A DNA stretch of 62,597 bases, counting the filler, from Chiloscyllium plagiosum (Eukaryota): NCBI RefSeq assembly GCF_004010195.1. It is 3 parts of one record of this genome, joined end to end, with 100 filler letters (N's around TTAATTAATTAA, not from the genome) between each part and the next. Parts side by side here need not be neighbours in the genome. Positions count along the whole stretch, not along the records: positions 17,126 to 35,001 come from NC_057710.1; positions 35,102 to 62,597 come from NC_057710.1; 1 more part is not named here. One strand, 5' to 3'. This document shows positions 24,158-36,817 of the stretch, one piece after another. The notes beneath the pieces are model-generated. The model made no database searches. It was not told where the DNA came from and saw only the letters and a list, made by a program, of their open reading frames with translations. The translations under genes were made by a program, and so were the position numbers. Position 1 is the stretch's first letter. Each line of letters starts with the position of its first letter.

Positions 24158-24890
24158 GTTCTCCAAGCACAATTGGATGCACTACTGCAAGGTCAAGAGA
24201 GCATTAGAAGCAGTTGCAACTTCACGGAACAAGCTCTAAACCATGGGACCGAAACGGAAGTGCTTTTAGTGAAGAAGCAAATGGGTGATAGGTTGAACGA
24301 ATTAGCTGTTCAAGAGTTTCCTTTACAGCCCCAAGAAAATGATCAGCTGGAGTTTGTGGTGGAAACTGAAGGACTGAAGAAATCCATTCATAATTTAGGT
24401 ACCATAATCACCACAAATGCCGTGGCCTATGAGACTGTTGCGACGGGTGAGGGATTGAGACAATGTGTGATTGGCCATCCCACATCTGTTACTATAACAA
24501 CAAAGGATAAAGATGGAGAACTTGTGAAAACTGGAAATGCGTGTCTAAGTGCTGAAATTGCATCTCCTGATGGTAGTGTTGTTGATGGGGAAATACTTGA
24601 CAATAAAAATGGCACCTATGACTTCCTTTATACCATTCAGAAAGAGCAAAAGGAGGGTGACTTTACACTTACCCTCCGACTATACGATCAGCATATTAAA
24701 GGAAGTCCATTTAAATTGAGGGTTGTCAAACCCACTGATCTGTCTCCAACATCTGATGGAGTCAAACGTCGTGTGAAGTCACCTGGTAGTGGACATGTAA
24801 AACAAAAGGCTGTGAAACGGCCAGCCAGCATGTATAGCACTGGAAAAAGAAAAGAGAATCCGATTGAAGATGACTTGATCTTTAGAGTTG
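24158..24890 (+). CDS. TRIM2: TRIM2 coding exon (coiled-coil end, filamin domain, linker)
   Basis: ttttgttgcag|GTT acceptor and G|gtatgt donor; [16 protein letters not shown]...[25 protein letters not shown]. Confidence 0.98.
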
Positions 24891-25725
24891 GTATGTAGAT
24901 TTCTTTTTATACTTAATTTATTTTCTATCCAGTCAGGCGATATGCTGAACATGTCACCCTGAGGTGTGTCAGATGCAGGCCTCATCTGCCTGAAACCAGT
25001 CATCTGCAGAAACAGGTGACCTGATTTAGTTTGTTGTCTGGGACGTAAGGAATGATGATCAAACTTCCTAAAGGTGATTCTTAGCTGCACAGAACTTAAC
25101 AAATTTTGAAAACTTTTTGATTCTGCAAACCAAGAACACCTAGTGGTGCATGCATGATTCTGAGTTTGTTCCATTGATTTAATAATTTTATTTCAGGTAT
25201 CTATGGTAGATGTTAAAATTTAATTTGCATTTCTGAGGTGTTTTATTTTCCTGGCTGTCCTACTCTTCTATCAGAAGAGATAAGCTACAAACGATTATAA
25301 TATTGGAATTGGTCTTTCCAATTTTGAATCCAAAATGTCTACGCAGTGTCATCCAATTCCTCTCTCAACTCCCTCCCATTTCTACAAAATCATCTAATAC
25401 AACATAGCCTTATCCAAACATTTAACCTTTTAATCTATTTCCTTCCTATTGTTCCCATCCTGCACCCTACTCCAACCATCTTCACACACATTGACAGTGG
25501 GTCCTTCAACTGAGTTGATTCTATTTTCTGAAATTCAAAATGTCCACCTTTTCATTCCTCTCAATTAAACCAACCTTTTTAGAAGCTGTAGATCCCCCTT
25601 CCCAACCCCACTTTCCTTTTTGCCTGCGTGACTGTTTTCCTTGTTACAACACACTTGGGTAAATGAGCTGATTCTCTAGCCCCACCACCCCTGAAGTCAC
25701 CATGAAAGTTAATGATTTAACTAAA

Positions 25726-25875
25726 CAAAATCACAACACCAGGTTATAATCCAACAGATTTAATTGGAACCACACTAGCTTTCGGAGCACCGCTCCTTCA
25801 TCAGGTGATTGTCCTGCGATATTAAACGGACAATCACCTTTGTACGCCCCAGTCCAACACCGGCATCTCCAAATC
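25726..25875. mobile_element. PLE family B inverted mini-insertion, right arm internally deleted
   Basis: 14-bp TSD ATGATTTAACTAAA (25712-25725 / 25876-25889); aggtgattgtcc / ggacaatcacct inversion junction. Confidence 0.88.
25773..25807 (-). ncRNA. Minimal hammerhead ribozyme motif (family B, intact)
   Basis: - strand CAC-CTGATGA-A-GGAGC GGT GCTCC-GAAA-GC-TA-GTG. Confidence 0.8.
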
Positions 25876-25975
25876 ATGATTTAACTAAAAGCATTCACAG
25901 TCTCCAGTGTACTTGTCTGATTGAATCAGGCTAACAGTAAACACTGACCAGGTTCCATACTTAACAGAAACTCCT

Positions 25976-26291
25976 GGGCGGCACGGTGGCACAGTGGTTG
26001 GCACTGCTGCCTCACAGCGCCAGAGACCCGGGTTCAATTCCCGCCTCAGGCGACTGACTGGGTGGAGCTTGCACGTTCTCCCCATGTCTGCGTGGGTTTC
26101 CTCCGGGTGCTCCGGTTTCCTGCCACCATCCACAGATGTGCAGGGTCAGGTGAATTGGCCATGCTAAATTGTCCGTAGTGTTAGGTAAGGGGTAAATGTA
26201 GGGGTATGGGTGGGTTTCGCTTCGGTGGGTCGGTGTGGACTTGTTGGGCTGAAGGGCCTGTTTCCACACTGTAATGTAATCTAATCTAATC
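25976..26291 (+). mobile_element. HE1-like V-SINE, full length
   Basis: gggcggcacggtggcacagtgg...ggttcaattcc..., V-domain, (AATCT)n tail. Confidence 0.93.
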
Positions 26292-27281
26292 CTTTTTATT
26301 ACAAATAAATAAGTTCTAGCCACAGGCAGAAAAAAACTATGAATTATCAATACACTACTCCACCAGACGAAACTGTAAACACACACACCCAATACTTTGG
26401 GTAGAGGATTAAGAAACACTGGGAAAACACAGTGCACCCAGTCCATAGGATTAATGAGATGTTCTGTTTGCTTCCCAAGACTTCCTTTTCTCTGATCTCT
26501 TTCTCCAGATTCTTTTCACAGAAAGCACAGGGCAATTGGAACACTCTGATAAAATCTTAGTTACTGGATAAATGTAACAGCTTACAACAATTGGCTTTCT
26601 TTGGGCACTTTTATTGCAGACAGATACAGACACAGAAGCTGCTCCTTCAGCAGTTTAGAAGCTTTTATCCTTTATCATAAACACTTCAGCTGTTCACACA
26701 GGGAGGTGTCGTCAAGCTGATGACTTCTGACCTTGACAACTGGTCACAGTGCACCAACCGATTAGCAACCCCATACCAAAGAGTCTTGTTGCCAGAGGGA
26801 AGATTGACCCGCTTCGGATTAAACTTCCAGGGATTGGAGGGAAGCTCAGGCAGGGTGGAGGTGGAGGACCTGGCCACATCTGCAGTGCCAAGGGCTTATG
26901 TGTGGTTCCATATCTGACTGGATGCCTCCTGGCACCAGCTCATCTCCATGCGAGGAGGGGGGCACTGAACTGGGTCAGGGGTCAGGGTACCTCATTACCT
27001 CCCAATCCCCCCAATTGTCATTCCTTCGTAGGACCATTGGTAGGATGATGGAATACAGGTGTGAGCATCTTTCCAGCAGACTTTGAGTGTGCTGGGCCTT
27101 GTTCTCCATGGCATCCACTAACCTATCCACGAAGATAGTTGGTATAATTGTACAATTCTTCACAGCTGCAGGTTCTATGCCATTTTGTCCTGTTCCTCCC
27201 TGTGCATTTGGATGAAGTCCCTGATTAGCATAACCTCAGGATCATCTCCTGCTTGGGGTTAAGCAGATCCTCCGAGTACCA

Positions 27282-27346
27282 TTGACCATCTTCATCAGTC
27301 AGCCAAGGAGCTGTTACTGTGAGGTGCTCACCAGATTACATGCCTC

Positions 27347-27387
<41 letters not shown>

Positions 27388-27520
27388 GTCTTTGACCATC
27401 TTCATCAGTCAGCCAAGGAGCTGTTACTGTGAGGTGCTCACCAGATTACATGCCTCTCTGTCTGTCTGTCTCTCTCTGTCTCTCTGTCTGCCTCTGCCTC
27501 TCTCTCTGTCTCTGTCTCTC
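27282..27520. repeat. 110-bp tandem duplication with (TCTG)/(TC) microsatellite
   Basis: ttgaccatcttcatcagtcagcc...catgcctctctgtctgtc starts at both 27282 and 27392. Confidence 0.9.
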
Positions 27521-28191
27521 TCCCTCCCCTGATTCCACAGAGGTGTCAGGATCTGGGCTGGTAGGGGCTGCAGGGGGGAACCTTGTTCATGCTTGGTCTG
27601 AGAACTCAGTACTGTCAACCTCTGCAGAGAGGTCAAGGACAGGCTAGTGGAAGCTGCAAAGACTTGAGAAGTCATCAAGGCTGGTGTTAGAAGTGGTGTG
27701 CAATGATGGGGTGTAACAACGAGGTTAATGTGACCGTTACAGTGGAATACAAAGTGATACTTACTCACTTGCGGGGGGGTTGTGGATGTCTCTACATTCC
27801 TGCAGGAATCTTTTTCTCCTTTTGAGGGCTAGAATTCTGACCTCCTACAGGTGAGGACATTGATGCCTGGCACTCCTCTACCCATACTGGCGCCCTCTTT
27901 CTGCCCTGGTATGGTGTATTTTCTCCTCTAATGAGCAGAAATGGCCAATGATGAGTTGATAGTGGCTGGCAGGACAGTTGGCACTGGTGCACGTACGAGA
28001 AGGGTGGTGAGGTGGGTGTGCTGAAGGACTGAGGAAGCAGCTCTGACAGTATGCAGGATTAGTGGTGTGGAAGATTGTGGGGGATGGGGAGAGTGAGCGT
28101 GTGAAGGTGTTTTATGCAATAGTGAGAGTGGCAGATGGGTAGCAGAGATGGAGTGTGCAAATGTTAGCTGAGAGAAGAGTGTGGCATTTAC

Positions 28192-28403
28192 CCAGGCAGA
28201 GTGGAAATGATCATTTGCCTTTTTTCTGCACTGCTGGTCACTCCTCCACATGGTACTGTCCTGGATGGTGACCTTAGACCAGGCTGCCAGGATTTGGTAG
28301 TCTCCTCTGCCAGTCTTCTGGGTGAAAGACTCCTTTGCACCACCCCATCCACCAGGACCTCCAGGTTTCTGTCAAAGAATCACTATGCCGTATTTCCTTT
28401 CAT
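28192..28403 (-). pseudogene. Decayed Myb/SANT-like exon, probably from a Harbinger transposon relic (~26690-28660)
   Basis: MKGNTA**FFDRNLEVLVDGVVQR/.../ILAAWSKVTIQDSTMWRSDQQCRKKANDHFHSAW|gtaa resembles the Myb_DNA-bind_5 pattern (RF...LEVLV...AW...QCRKKWNDL), with stops and frameshifts. Confidence 0.65.
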
Positions 28404-28719
28404 GTTCAGACTCTGTCTTTATCAGCTGGGCAGCTTCAGAATACTCATGCCCAGCTGGGTGCAAAAACAGATAGCATGGATGCAAGCAATTCCGATGTTT
28501 TGGCAGTCATGAGCTGAGTGGTGAGTTATTCCTGAAACTGTGCATGGGAATGGAATTGGATATAAGAGTGCTGAGGGACAAGCTAGGTGATTAGTTCAGT
28601 AGGAAAACAGGAAAACTCACTCAGCCTGTGGCAGTAAACCCTCCAAAACAATTCTGGCAAAAATAAATATAAAATTCAGCAGTATATTGTTTGATACTAT
28701 TAGTTTACACAAATCTATC

Positions 28720-29175
28720 AATTTCTGCCTTCAGCTTTCTCAATGATTGAGCTTCCAAAACCCTTTGGGATGGAAAATTCCAAAGTGTTAGGACCCTCTG
28801 AATGAAGAGATTCCTCCTAATCTCAGTTTTTTAAAAATGATCTGCTCTTACTCTGAGGTTATGTCCCCTGGTTTTGCACTCCCCATCGGGGGAAACATCT
28901 CAGTTTCATCTACATCCACCTTGACACACCCTATAAAAGCTTTCAGTGAAATCACCTCATTTTTCAAAACTCGAGAGAATACAGACCCATTGTCTCCAAT
29001 TATTCTTCCAAAGACAAACCAAAGGTTCATTGGGTGACCTTCTCCTGCACTGCCTTTATGGCAAGTATATTCCTCCTTGGATTAGGGGACCAAAACTGCA
29101 CCTGAAACACTACCTGAGATCTCACCAAAGTTCTATATAATTGAAGTGCAGCATCTTTACTCCTGTACTGAAACC
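28720..29175 (-). mobile_element. Decayed CR1 3' fragment
   Basis: accctctgaatgaagagattcctcctaatctcag and ggggaccaaaactgcac match other - strand CR1 copies in the window. Confidence 0.75.
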
Positions 29176-30380
29176 TCCTTGCAGAGTTTCAGTTGGGAAT
29201 CAGCAATGATCTCGGCTAAGAAATACGTCTTTCTTCTTACAGGTGACTGTTGTCTCCACCAACAGTGAAGGTACAGATTTGAGTCTTTTGGCGGAGGGAG
29301 TTTAAAGCTTACAAGGGCAGGAAATGTGCATGTAGAGTGATTTGATCGGATGTGAAATTTTAATTTCTCGACCGGTGGTTGAGATACAGAGATCAAGTCA
29401 GCAGTGGGTTTGTGGTTTGCTGAACATTAAACTGGCAGATTTATACAATTATACATCAAATTTACCTTCAAGGAATCACTGGTGTGCAAGAACCTGATTT
29501 AACTATATAAAGGTGATTTACATCTATCATGTCAGGCTCATTTGTCTTGCACATCAACTCTGGCTTGTCTACAATCATTCTATGACACTCTTCACCCAAC
29601 TATGCCTATGGTGACCCCTTTTCTAGAAAACTTACAGTTATTAATATTCGACAAAGACTGAATGCAGAAACACAACAATTTTGTTTTACAATAAATGGAC
29701 TATCCTTAACTCCCCCGTAACCTTCAAAGAATGCTTGTACTTTTAGCTGCCTGTTATTTGTTGAGACAAACTTAATCAATGATACACACATGAATTAAAT
29801 TGAAACCCATGAAATGTGAAATATTTACAAGTGAAAGTTAATTTTGAAATACATCAGTGCCATCTTTATGTTCTGTGAGGTTAAGCAGGCAAGCTAAGGC
29901 TCTGCATCCACAGCCACCCTCTTTGACTAAGAGAGTCTTTATTAGATCACCTACAGATGCAACATTGTTAGTTAATGATAGGTTTCATCAATGTAAAGCA
30001 TCCCAGGCACTAATTGCAATCTTGTAGTATTTATGCTGCCAACACTTAGCATTGTAATTATAATCATGTGAGAAGAGGCAAAAAGAATTTGTTAATGCAA
30101 GCATTGCTGCGTTCCATAAGAGAAAATGTGGATAGAAATTTCCACTGCACAGTCAGCAGTGAGATTTGCTTCAAAGAGTTTTCCAAGCAGTGTACAGCTA
30201 TCTCTGAGTCTAAGATATGATAGATGTAGAGTCACTAAGTGTTCTCTTGATTGATTTGTGTGGTTTTCTTCCATAAACATCTTGGTAGAAATTTTGCCTA
30301 CTCCGGGTCTAGTATGAATTCAAGTAGTGCAACATTTATCTTTCCAAATAAAGACATGCACATTTAACTTGTTTTTGCAG

Positions 30381-30484
30381 GTACTAAGGGAAGAAATAAA
30401 GGGGAATTCACTAACTTGCAGGGAGTGGCAACATCCACCAGTGGAAAGATCATGATCGCAGACAGTAACAATCAATGTGTACAG
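30381..30484 (+). CDS. TRIM2: TRIM2 coding exon (NHL repeat 1)
   Basis: tttttgcag|GT acceptor and CAG|gtgaag donor; (G)[34 protein letters not shown]. Confidence 0.97.
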
Positions 30485-30619
30485 GTGAAGATATATTGCA
30501 AACCTTTTCCATTCTTGTGTTGTGTGTCCTACTCCACTCTGTTGCATGGCCATTACTTAGTTATTTTAATATTTTCTCATGAATTGTTAAATGATTTCCA
30601 TAGCATTCTCCTGTATGGC

Positions 30620-30940
30620 CCGTCGTAGGTGAATATTTTGTAGCTCTGTACATTCTTCTCTTTCACACCACCTTGAACTGCTGCAGTCCACTGGATGTAG
30701 ATCCTTTACAGGGCTTTTAGGAAGCAAGTTCCAGGATTTGTTCTCTCGGCAATGAAGGACCAACCGTATAGTTCCAGAGCAGTATATGCCTTAGTGGAAA
30801 ACTTGCAAGTAGCAGTGTATTCATGCATCTACTGCCCCTGTCCTTCTAGATGGCAAATGTTGCAGGTTTGGAAGTTGCTGGTGAAGGAGCGTTAATGAAT
30901 TCCTACAGTGCTTCTTATATATGCCAGGCCATTTGCAGAT
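30620..30940 (-). mobile_element. Decayed 3' fragment of the L2/CR1-group LINE
   Basis: ccttgaactgctgcagtcc and catctactgcccctgtccttctagatgg are reverse complements of the family at 20340-20570. Confidence 0.65.
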
Positions 30941-32840
30941 TCCCCCACTTCATCAGCCATGCTGCAGACAATGGGATAGCACTGTGTAGGTGCGCTGGAC
31001 TAGGTAAGGATGCCCTCAGGAAAAGCATAAAGCAGAATCAAAATGCTGAGTGATCAAGCTTTCCATATATTATTCTGTGTTGTGACATTGTGTTATTTAT
31101 GGAATTTGTTTTTGAGGGGTGCATTTTATTTTGGGATGCTGGGATTGATCAACTCAGAAGTAGAATGGAAAGCTGGAAAATGGTTAAGCAATGAGAAGTA
31201 GGGTTGATATTTTGAGGGAATTGGACTCATGAACAGCCCAGTGTGGAAGGATCTTACAGGTACTTCATCTTCTGCATGAGGTGCTCATCGAAGGCCAGGT
31301 AATTTTTAAAGAAGTGCCCTCATGAAAGCAGTTTGCAAAGGATTTGGGAGAAGTTCCCTGCCAAGCCCCTCCAAACTCTCATTCCATCACCACCCTGAGA
31401 AAAACTGAAGGACACTGGGACTCTTAAATTGCCTCATTCTGTACTGAGTTATTCTATGATTCTATACCCGCAAATTCTGACACTAGGCTTTCTGCTGACA
31501 TGTCTTCAAACTCCTCTGAACTCCTTGGCAAAATCTAGCACTAATCCTGAATCCAATCGCTTTTCAAACCTCCTCCATCAACACTGAACTGAATAGTTTC
31601 ACCTTGAAGTAGCAAAAGAAGCTCAAAAGCATCTCCCCTAAAAGTGTGATTGGTGATGTCTTGAAACAATCATGGTGAAGCAGGTTGGGGGAGGGGGACA
31701 GGGAGGTGCAGTGTGTTAGGGGCTGATCTTTGTATGCCTATCCAACTGGAAATGTTTGAAGTGGCACAAACACAATCTGTATGGTTCAACATGGCAGTCT
31801 GGGCATGAAATCGACATTGGATACTATTTGGCATCACATTCTATGCCCACTGTGTATCTGGTGCATGCATTGAACTCCTGTGCTAAAGTCCTTACAAACA
31901 TAGTGCAGTGTGTCAGAAATGGTCTGAGCAGTTTGGCTGCCATTTTGCAAGCTTGAGTATTGAATATTCCACGGTGTGATTCCCTCCATATTTGGAACCC
32001 TCTGACAGTATCAATTTATATCGGCGAATTAAGAGGGCTGTTCTGCAGTTAGGAAAAGCTAGTTGGACTAGTATTTAATCATCTGAATAGCTATTCCAGT
32101 AAAATTACGTCACATTCTTCCCCAGACTGCTCACATCCAGACCCTATCCTGACACTACCTGACACTCGATCCCCGTTTTGCTTGAGACTTCCCCTCAGCT
32201 CCCCCTTCCACTGGAGACTCCTGCTGTCAGAGCACACCCCCCATTCCACTCCAGACCAACCATTTCCCACCATCCTGACCTACGGTGAAGACTCCACTTC
32301 AATGGAGTGTTTACCACTTTGCATCCTGGCACTTCACTTACCTGACAACTTACTCTCCCGGTACCCTATTCTCACACATACTTTCCGTACTTGCCTTTCA
32401 TTCAAGCTGTGACTCTTTATGATACTGGATTGTTCAAATCACAGAATGTGGCAACTGACTGCTATGAAAAAGGGGTGCTCTACGCTACAAGAGACCTGTC
32501 AGAATGGAAGTACGACTATGCATTTATGAAATTAACCTTACCAGAGCCTCCTGTCAGAGATACAGACGATGCTCTTTGTTCAGCACAAATGCAGAAGTAG
32601 AACAGTAATCCGGCTGAGATTGCCATTCTTTGGGAAATTATAAATGCACCACTCCTTTGGGTTTTCCTTATGGAATGGTACAGACTATCATTGTGGGTGC
32701 TTCATGAGGTCCGACTGACTGACTGACTGATCTCTGTGTTTCAAAGTATAACCAAATATAGATGTTGCTTTATTAGAAATTATAAAATATTTGATTCATC
32801 ACTTCAACATTGTACAAGACTTATTAAACTTGTGTTCTAG

Positions 32841-33008
32841 ATTTTCTCAAATGACGGACAATTTAAAAACCGGTTTGGTGTTCGTGGCCGCTCTCCTGGG
32901 CAGCTGCAGCGTCCAACGGGAGTAGCTGTACACCCAAGTGGGGACATTATCATTGCTGATTATGATAACAAGTGGGTGAGCATTTTTTCACCGGATGGGA
33001 AATTCAAG
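32841..33008 (+). CDS. TRIM2: TRIM2 coding exon (NHL repeats 1-2)
   Basis: tgttctag|ATT acceptor and AAG|gtgagc donor; [56 protein letters not shown]. Confidence 0.97.
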
Positions 33009-33184
33009 GTGAGCAGATAGTCTTTTGTCATGAGTCAGTTAATTAATGCAGTTACGTGTGTGTTTGCATGTAAATACGGCCAAAATATTTGCCAAATATT
33101 TTTCTTTATTGTTCATTAATCTACTCTAAAGAAAATTTAATTAAATTTTCAATGAATCCATTAATCAAGACTGTGTACAGCTCT

Positions 33185-33357
33185 TACAGTGCTGCCTCAC
33201 AGCACCACCCTCAGGTGACTGTAAGGAGTTTGCACATTCTCCCCATGTCTGTGTGGGTTTCCTCCAGGTGCTCTGGGTTTCTCTCAGTCCAAGAATGCGC
33301 AGGTTAAGTGGATTAGCCATGGAAAATGCAGAGTTACAGGGATAGGGTGGAATGCTC
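33185..33357 (+). mobile_element. Decayed V-SINE
   Basis: ggagtttgcacattctccccatgtctgtgtgggtttcctccagg core. Confidence 0.75.
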
Positions 33358-33891
33358 AATTTAAAGAATTGCAGTTGAGTTTAGTTTGAGTTTTTTTAAT
33401 TGACTATGCTTTACTAGAATATCTTATTTGGTTCATTAGGGAGATTAGATTTAGTGAGATTAAAGTGCTTATCATTGCTGCTCAGATGATGAGGGAAGCA
33501 TGGGAAATATGCAGAATTATAGTATCTAATATACACGAGTAGGATTCTTGTAAAATGAAAATACTATGCATTTCAAATATTCTTTATTTTGGCTGCCTTC
33601 CAAAGTCAAAGGGAGAGTCAGTGGAAATGATTTTCTTCCAGTTTTCATTCCAAATGTACAAGATCCCTTGGATCACCTCTTCTGGTGATCCATGAGGCTG
33701 ACAAAGCACTGCCTTTGGTTTGTGTTTGCCTTTTTCATATTTCCTGGACCACGTCACAGCCTGAAGTCAGAAGCTGTATGCAGCTTGAGTGTATGCTTCT
33801 CATCAAGCATGGGAGAGCAGGTAGCTGTCTCACCTGCTCTCTCCCACTGGCCAATAGCAGTAGTAGGATTTGGGGGTTGATGACTTTTTTT

Positions 33892-34200
33892 TAGATTAGA
33901 TTACTTAGTGTGGAAACAGGCCCTTCGGCCCAACAAGTCCACACCGACCCGCCAAAGCGCAACCCACCCAGAACTATTCCCCTACATTTACCCCTTCACC
34001 TAACACTATGGGCAATTTAGCATGGCCAATTCATCTAACCTGCACATTTTTGGACTATGGGAGGAAACCGGCGCACCCGGAGGAACCCACGCAGACACTG
34101 GGAGAATGTGCAAACTCCACACAGTCAGTCGCCTGAGATTGAACCCGGGTCTCTGGCGCTGGGAGGCAGCAGTGCTAACCACTGTGCCACCGTGCTGCCC
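33892..34200 (-). mobile_element. HE1-like V-SINE, full length
   Basis: Reverse complement of the 25976 copy, with an (AGATT)n tail. Confidence 0.93.
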
Positions 34201-34732
34201 ACTTGGTTTGGTTTGGCTGATCATGAATGCGTTATCCAGGAGCACCAAAAGCTGGTATGGAGTTTAACCTCTGTACTTCCGGCTCTGAGACAGGGATGTT
34301 ATCTGTTGTGCTGCAAGATACCCCATTGTAATTTTTTAGTGCCCATTTTAAGGTGGTGACAGACAAAACTTGGCTATTGATGTTTAATTATATTTCTCCC
34401 AATACCTCAGATATAAATTAAATATTTAACTTAATCTTTTGATTACCCTTGATTTTAGTTCAGATTTACTTGTCTTCAAAACCTTTACTTAGTTTTATGG
34501 TCTTGAGCTGATTTTGTCAAAGACTGCTTTACTCAAAAGTTTTTAAATAAAGTTAAGTTACTTTAAGGTTAGCCATAGCTCTTCCCCAATAAGTCACTTT
34601 GGGGTTGAAGTCCCCATCCAGGAAACTGAACACAAATTGAGGCTCATATTCCATGTGGTACTGAGGAAATGCTGGAGTAATCCAAGACTCATGTGCTCTT
34701 CCAGGAGGCTGTTTAAAGACTCAGTGGCCACA

Positions 34733-35001
34733 TTTTTTTTTTAAAAGATATTTTTATTAGAAATTTAACATTTTTACAAGTTTACAAAAATAAACAAACT
34801 CTCAGATATAAACATTGATATACAATTAGCTCAAATATACAATAGCCAAAATTTAACAAACAAAAAAACGAAAAAAAGAAAAAAAAAACAAACAAAACTC
34901 AACTATCTACTAATCTAACCTACAACTAACCAGAGTGTATATTTAAGTCTCTTACATGCTCGGAATGTGTTAGCATCAGATGTAATAAAACCCGTATTCG
35001 T
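34733..35001 (-). mobile_element. Probable L1/Tx1-type 3' end running into a gap
   Basis: T-run and ttttatt (AATAAA on -), T-rich 3'UTR on the - strand. Confidence 0.4.
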
Positions 35002-35101
35002 NNNNNNNNNNNNNNNNNNNNNNNNNNNNNNNNNNNNNNNNNNNNTTAATTAATTAANNNNNNNNNNNNNNNNNNNNNNNNNNNNNNNNNNNNNNNNNNN
35101 N
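35002..35101. other. Artificial scaffold gap with linker
   Basis: 44 N + TTAATTAATTAA + 44 N. Confidence 0.95.
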
Positions 35102-35248
35102 CCCAAGTCCCTCCTCCCTACCTTTTATCTTAGCCTGCTGGACACACTTTCCTCATTCCTGAAGAAGGGCTTATGCCCGAAACGTCGATTCTCCTGTTCC
35201 CTGGATGTTGTCTGACCTGCTGCGCTTTTCCAGCAACACATTTTCAGC
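35102..35248 (+). mobile_element. PLE family A pLTR emerging from the gap, with an intact hammerhead at 35155-35190
   Basis: ATTC-CTGAAGA-A-GGGC TTAT GCCC-GAAA-CG-TC-GATT. Confidence 0.88.
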
Positions 35249-35419
35249 CATGACCATTGGATCCTACTTTGCCCATTGCAAGTTCCTTTCCATTTCTAAG
35301 CCAATGTCCTGAGCCCTGGCAATGGGTAGGCATCACAGCTTTCTGGAATTGTGCACATAGCTACAATGAGCTGTGTTTGTTCTCATGACTATACTGTTTG
35401 TGAAAATCACTAGATTCCT

Positions 35420-35670
35420 GGTTAAGTCACTATTGGAATACTGTGTGCAATTCTGGTCTCCCTGCTATAGGAAGGTTGGTGTGAAACTTGAAAAGGTTCA
35501 GAAAAGATTTACCACGGTTTGAGTGATATGAAGAGGCTAAATAGACTGGAGCATCTGAGGCTGAGGGATGGTCTTATAGAGGATTATAAAATCATGAGGG
35601 TCATGGAGAGGATAAATAGACAAGGTCTTTTCCCTGGGGTGGGGGGTCCAGAACTAGAGGGCATGGGTTT
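35420..35670 (+). mobile_element. CR1 3' fragment
   Basis: ggaatactgtgtgcaattctggtctccc and LRDGLIEDYKIMR. Confidence 0.8.
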
Positions 35671-35739
35671 AATACACCTCTCATACACCTCCACTAATGT
35701 ATCAGTGGTAATTTGGATCTTGGCTTATTAGAGTGTTGG

Positions 35740-36270
35740 CGCATGCAACTTGTCTGCATGTACTGCAGCTCAGTGACAGGGCTTGGGATGGTCTTGATCA
35801 TTGAACAGTTTCCCATTTGTCATGTGGATTTGTTTTGGTCCAACAGGAAGCTTCATGGTTGCAGTGTAGAAGATGGAGAAAAACATGACCCAAACTTGCT
35901 TGACCATCTCTTCCATTTGTTTGGGGTCTGTTTCAGATTAGTTTGTGAGGATGACATATTGCATGCCATCGTGGAGTGGGTAGAAGATGGTGACATTTTC
36001 CTGCAAGCAGCCAGATTTGAGAAGGAGCACCATATCTCCTCTTGGCTGACAGGCAAAGGCTTCAGACACAGTCAATAAAAATCAAAAAAGACTATATGTA
36101 GAGTTTACTGCTACTCCCTCTGGAGGGAAATGGTCAGCCATTGAGGAGGATTCTTACAATGACCTTCCCTGTGGTGGACCACAGCGATACCTGTCTAGTT
36201 AGCACAACTGGATTTGTCAACATTGTTGAGAGATTGTGGAGCTGGGAATTGAGCCTCATTATTGTGGGAT
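35740..36270 (-). mobile_element. Decayed RTE-clade LINE RT fragment; upstream part at ~39780-40040
   Basis: - strand reads LKSGCLQENVTIFYPLHDGMQYVILTN*SETDP...VKQ...FSIF...TNGKLFN...; the upstream piece reads KDREAVSAHWKEQLEEVLNQ. Confidence 0.7.
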
Positions 36271-36299
36271 TCATCCCAAAAGTTAATTTTAATAAGTAA

Positions 36300-36817
36300 A
36301 CTGCATCTCTTTAAGCTGGTGTTCATATTCTGTTGCTTTCTCTCTCAGTTCTAATTCTAGTATTCTCATTAGTTTTTTTTTCCCCTTCAATCTGTTTTCC
36401 TTTCCTGATCTTTTTCCTCTGTCATTTTCTGTTATCTCTAGTTACTTCATTCTTTCCTCTTGACCAAACTGCTTTAACCATAACTGATTATCACTTAACT
36501 AAAATAGTGAATCATCAGAATTTTTATTGTATTTCCTCTAAATCCAAGTGCCACATTAATACCTGAATTATGCCTGTTGTCTTGACTCTGCCAGGCAATA
36601 TTATCTCCAGTTTAACAGCTAAGTTAATCAACCTGTTCCTTGAAAGTTTCCTTAAGGCTTCTCGGGAGAACAATGCCGATACAGAATCCGTTGCCATTTT
36701 CAATACCATCTCTTATAGGCAGTGCCGAACCTGGTGTTTTCTTCACCTGATATTTACTAAATGCTGCAGCCAAATCTTTGTCCCCTCTGTCTCAAACCAA
36801 TCCCAGATAAGCCCCGT
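36300..36817 (-). mobile_element. Gypsy (Gmr1-like) LTR retrotransposon 5' relic: PBS and gag N-terminus
   Basis: - strand GGGGCTTATCTGGGAT at 36800-36815 is a CpG-decayed tRNA-Pro PBS (GGGGCTCGTCCGGGAT); it precedes ORF 36524-36709 (LRKLSRNRLINLAVKLEI) and a Glu/Lys-rich stretch. Confidence 0.55.

Noticed and set aside
1373..33008. TRIM3 as the alternative identity
   Set aside because: Residues such as [28 protein letters not shown] and [30 protein letters not shown] fit TRIM2 better
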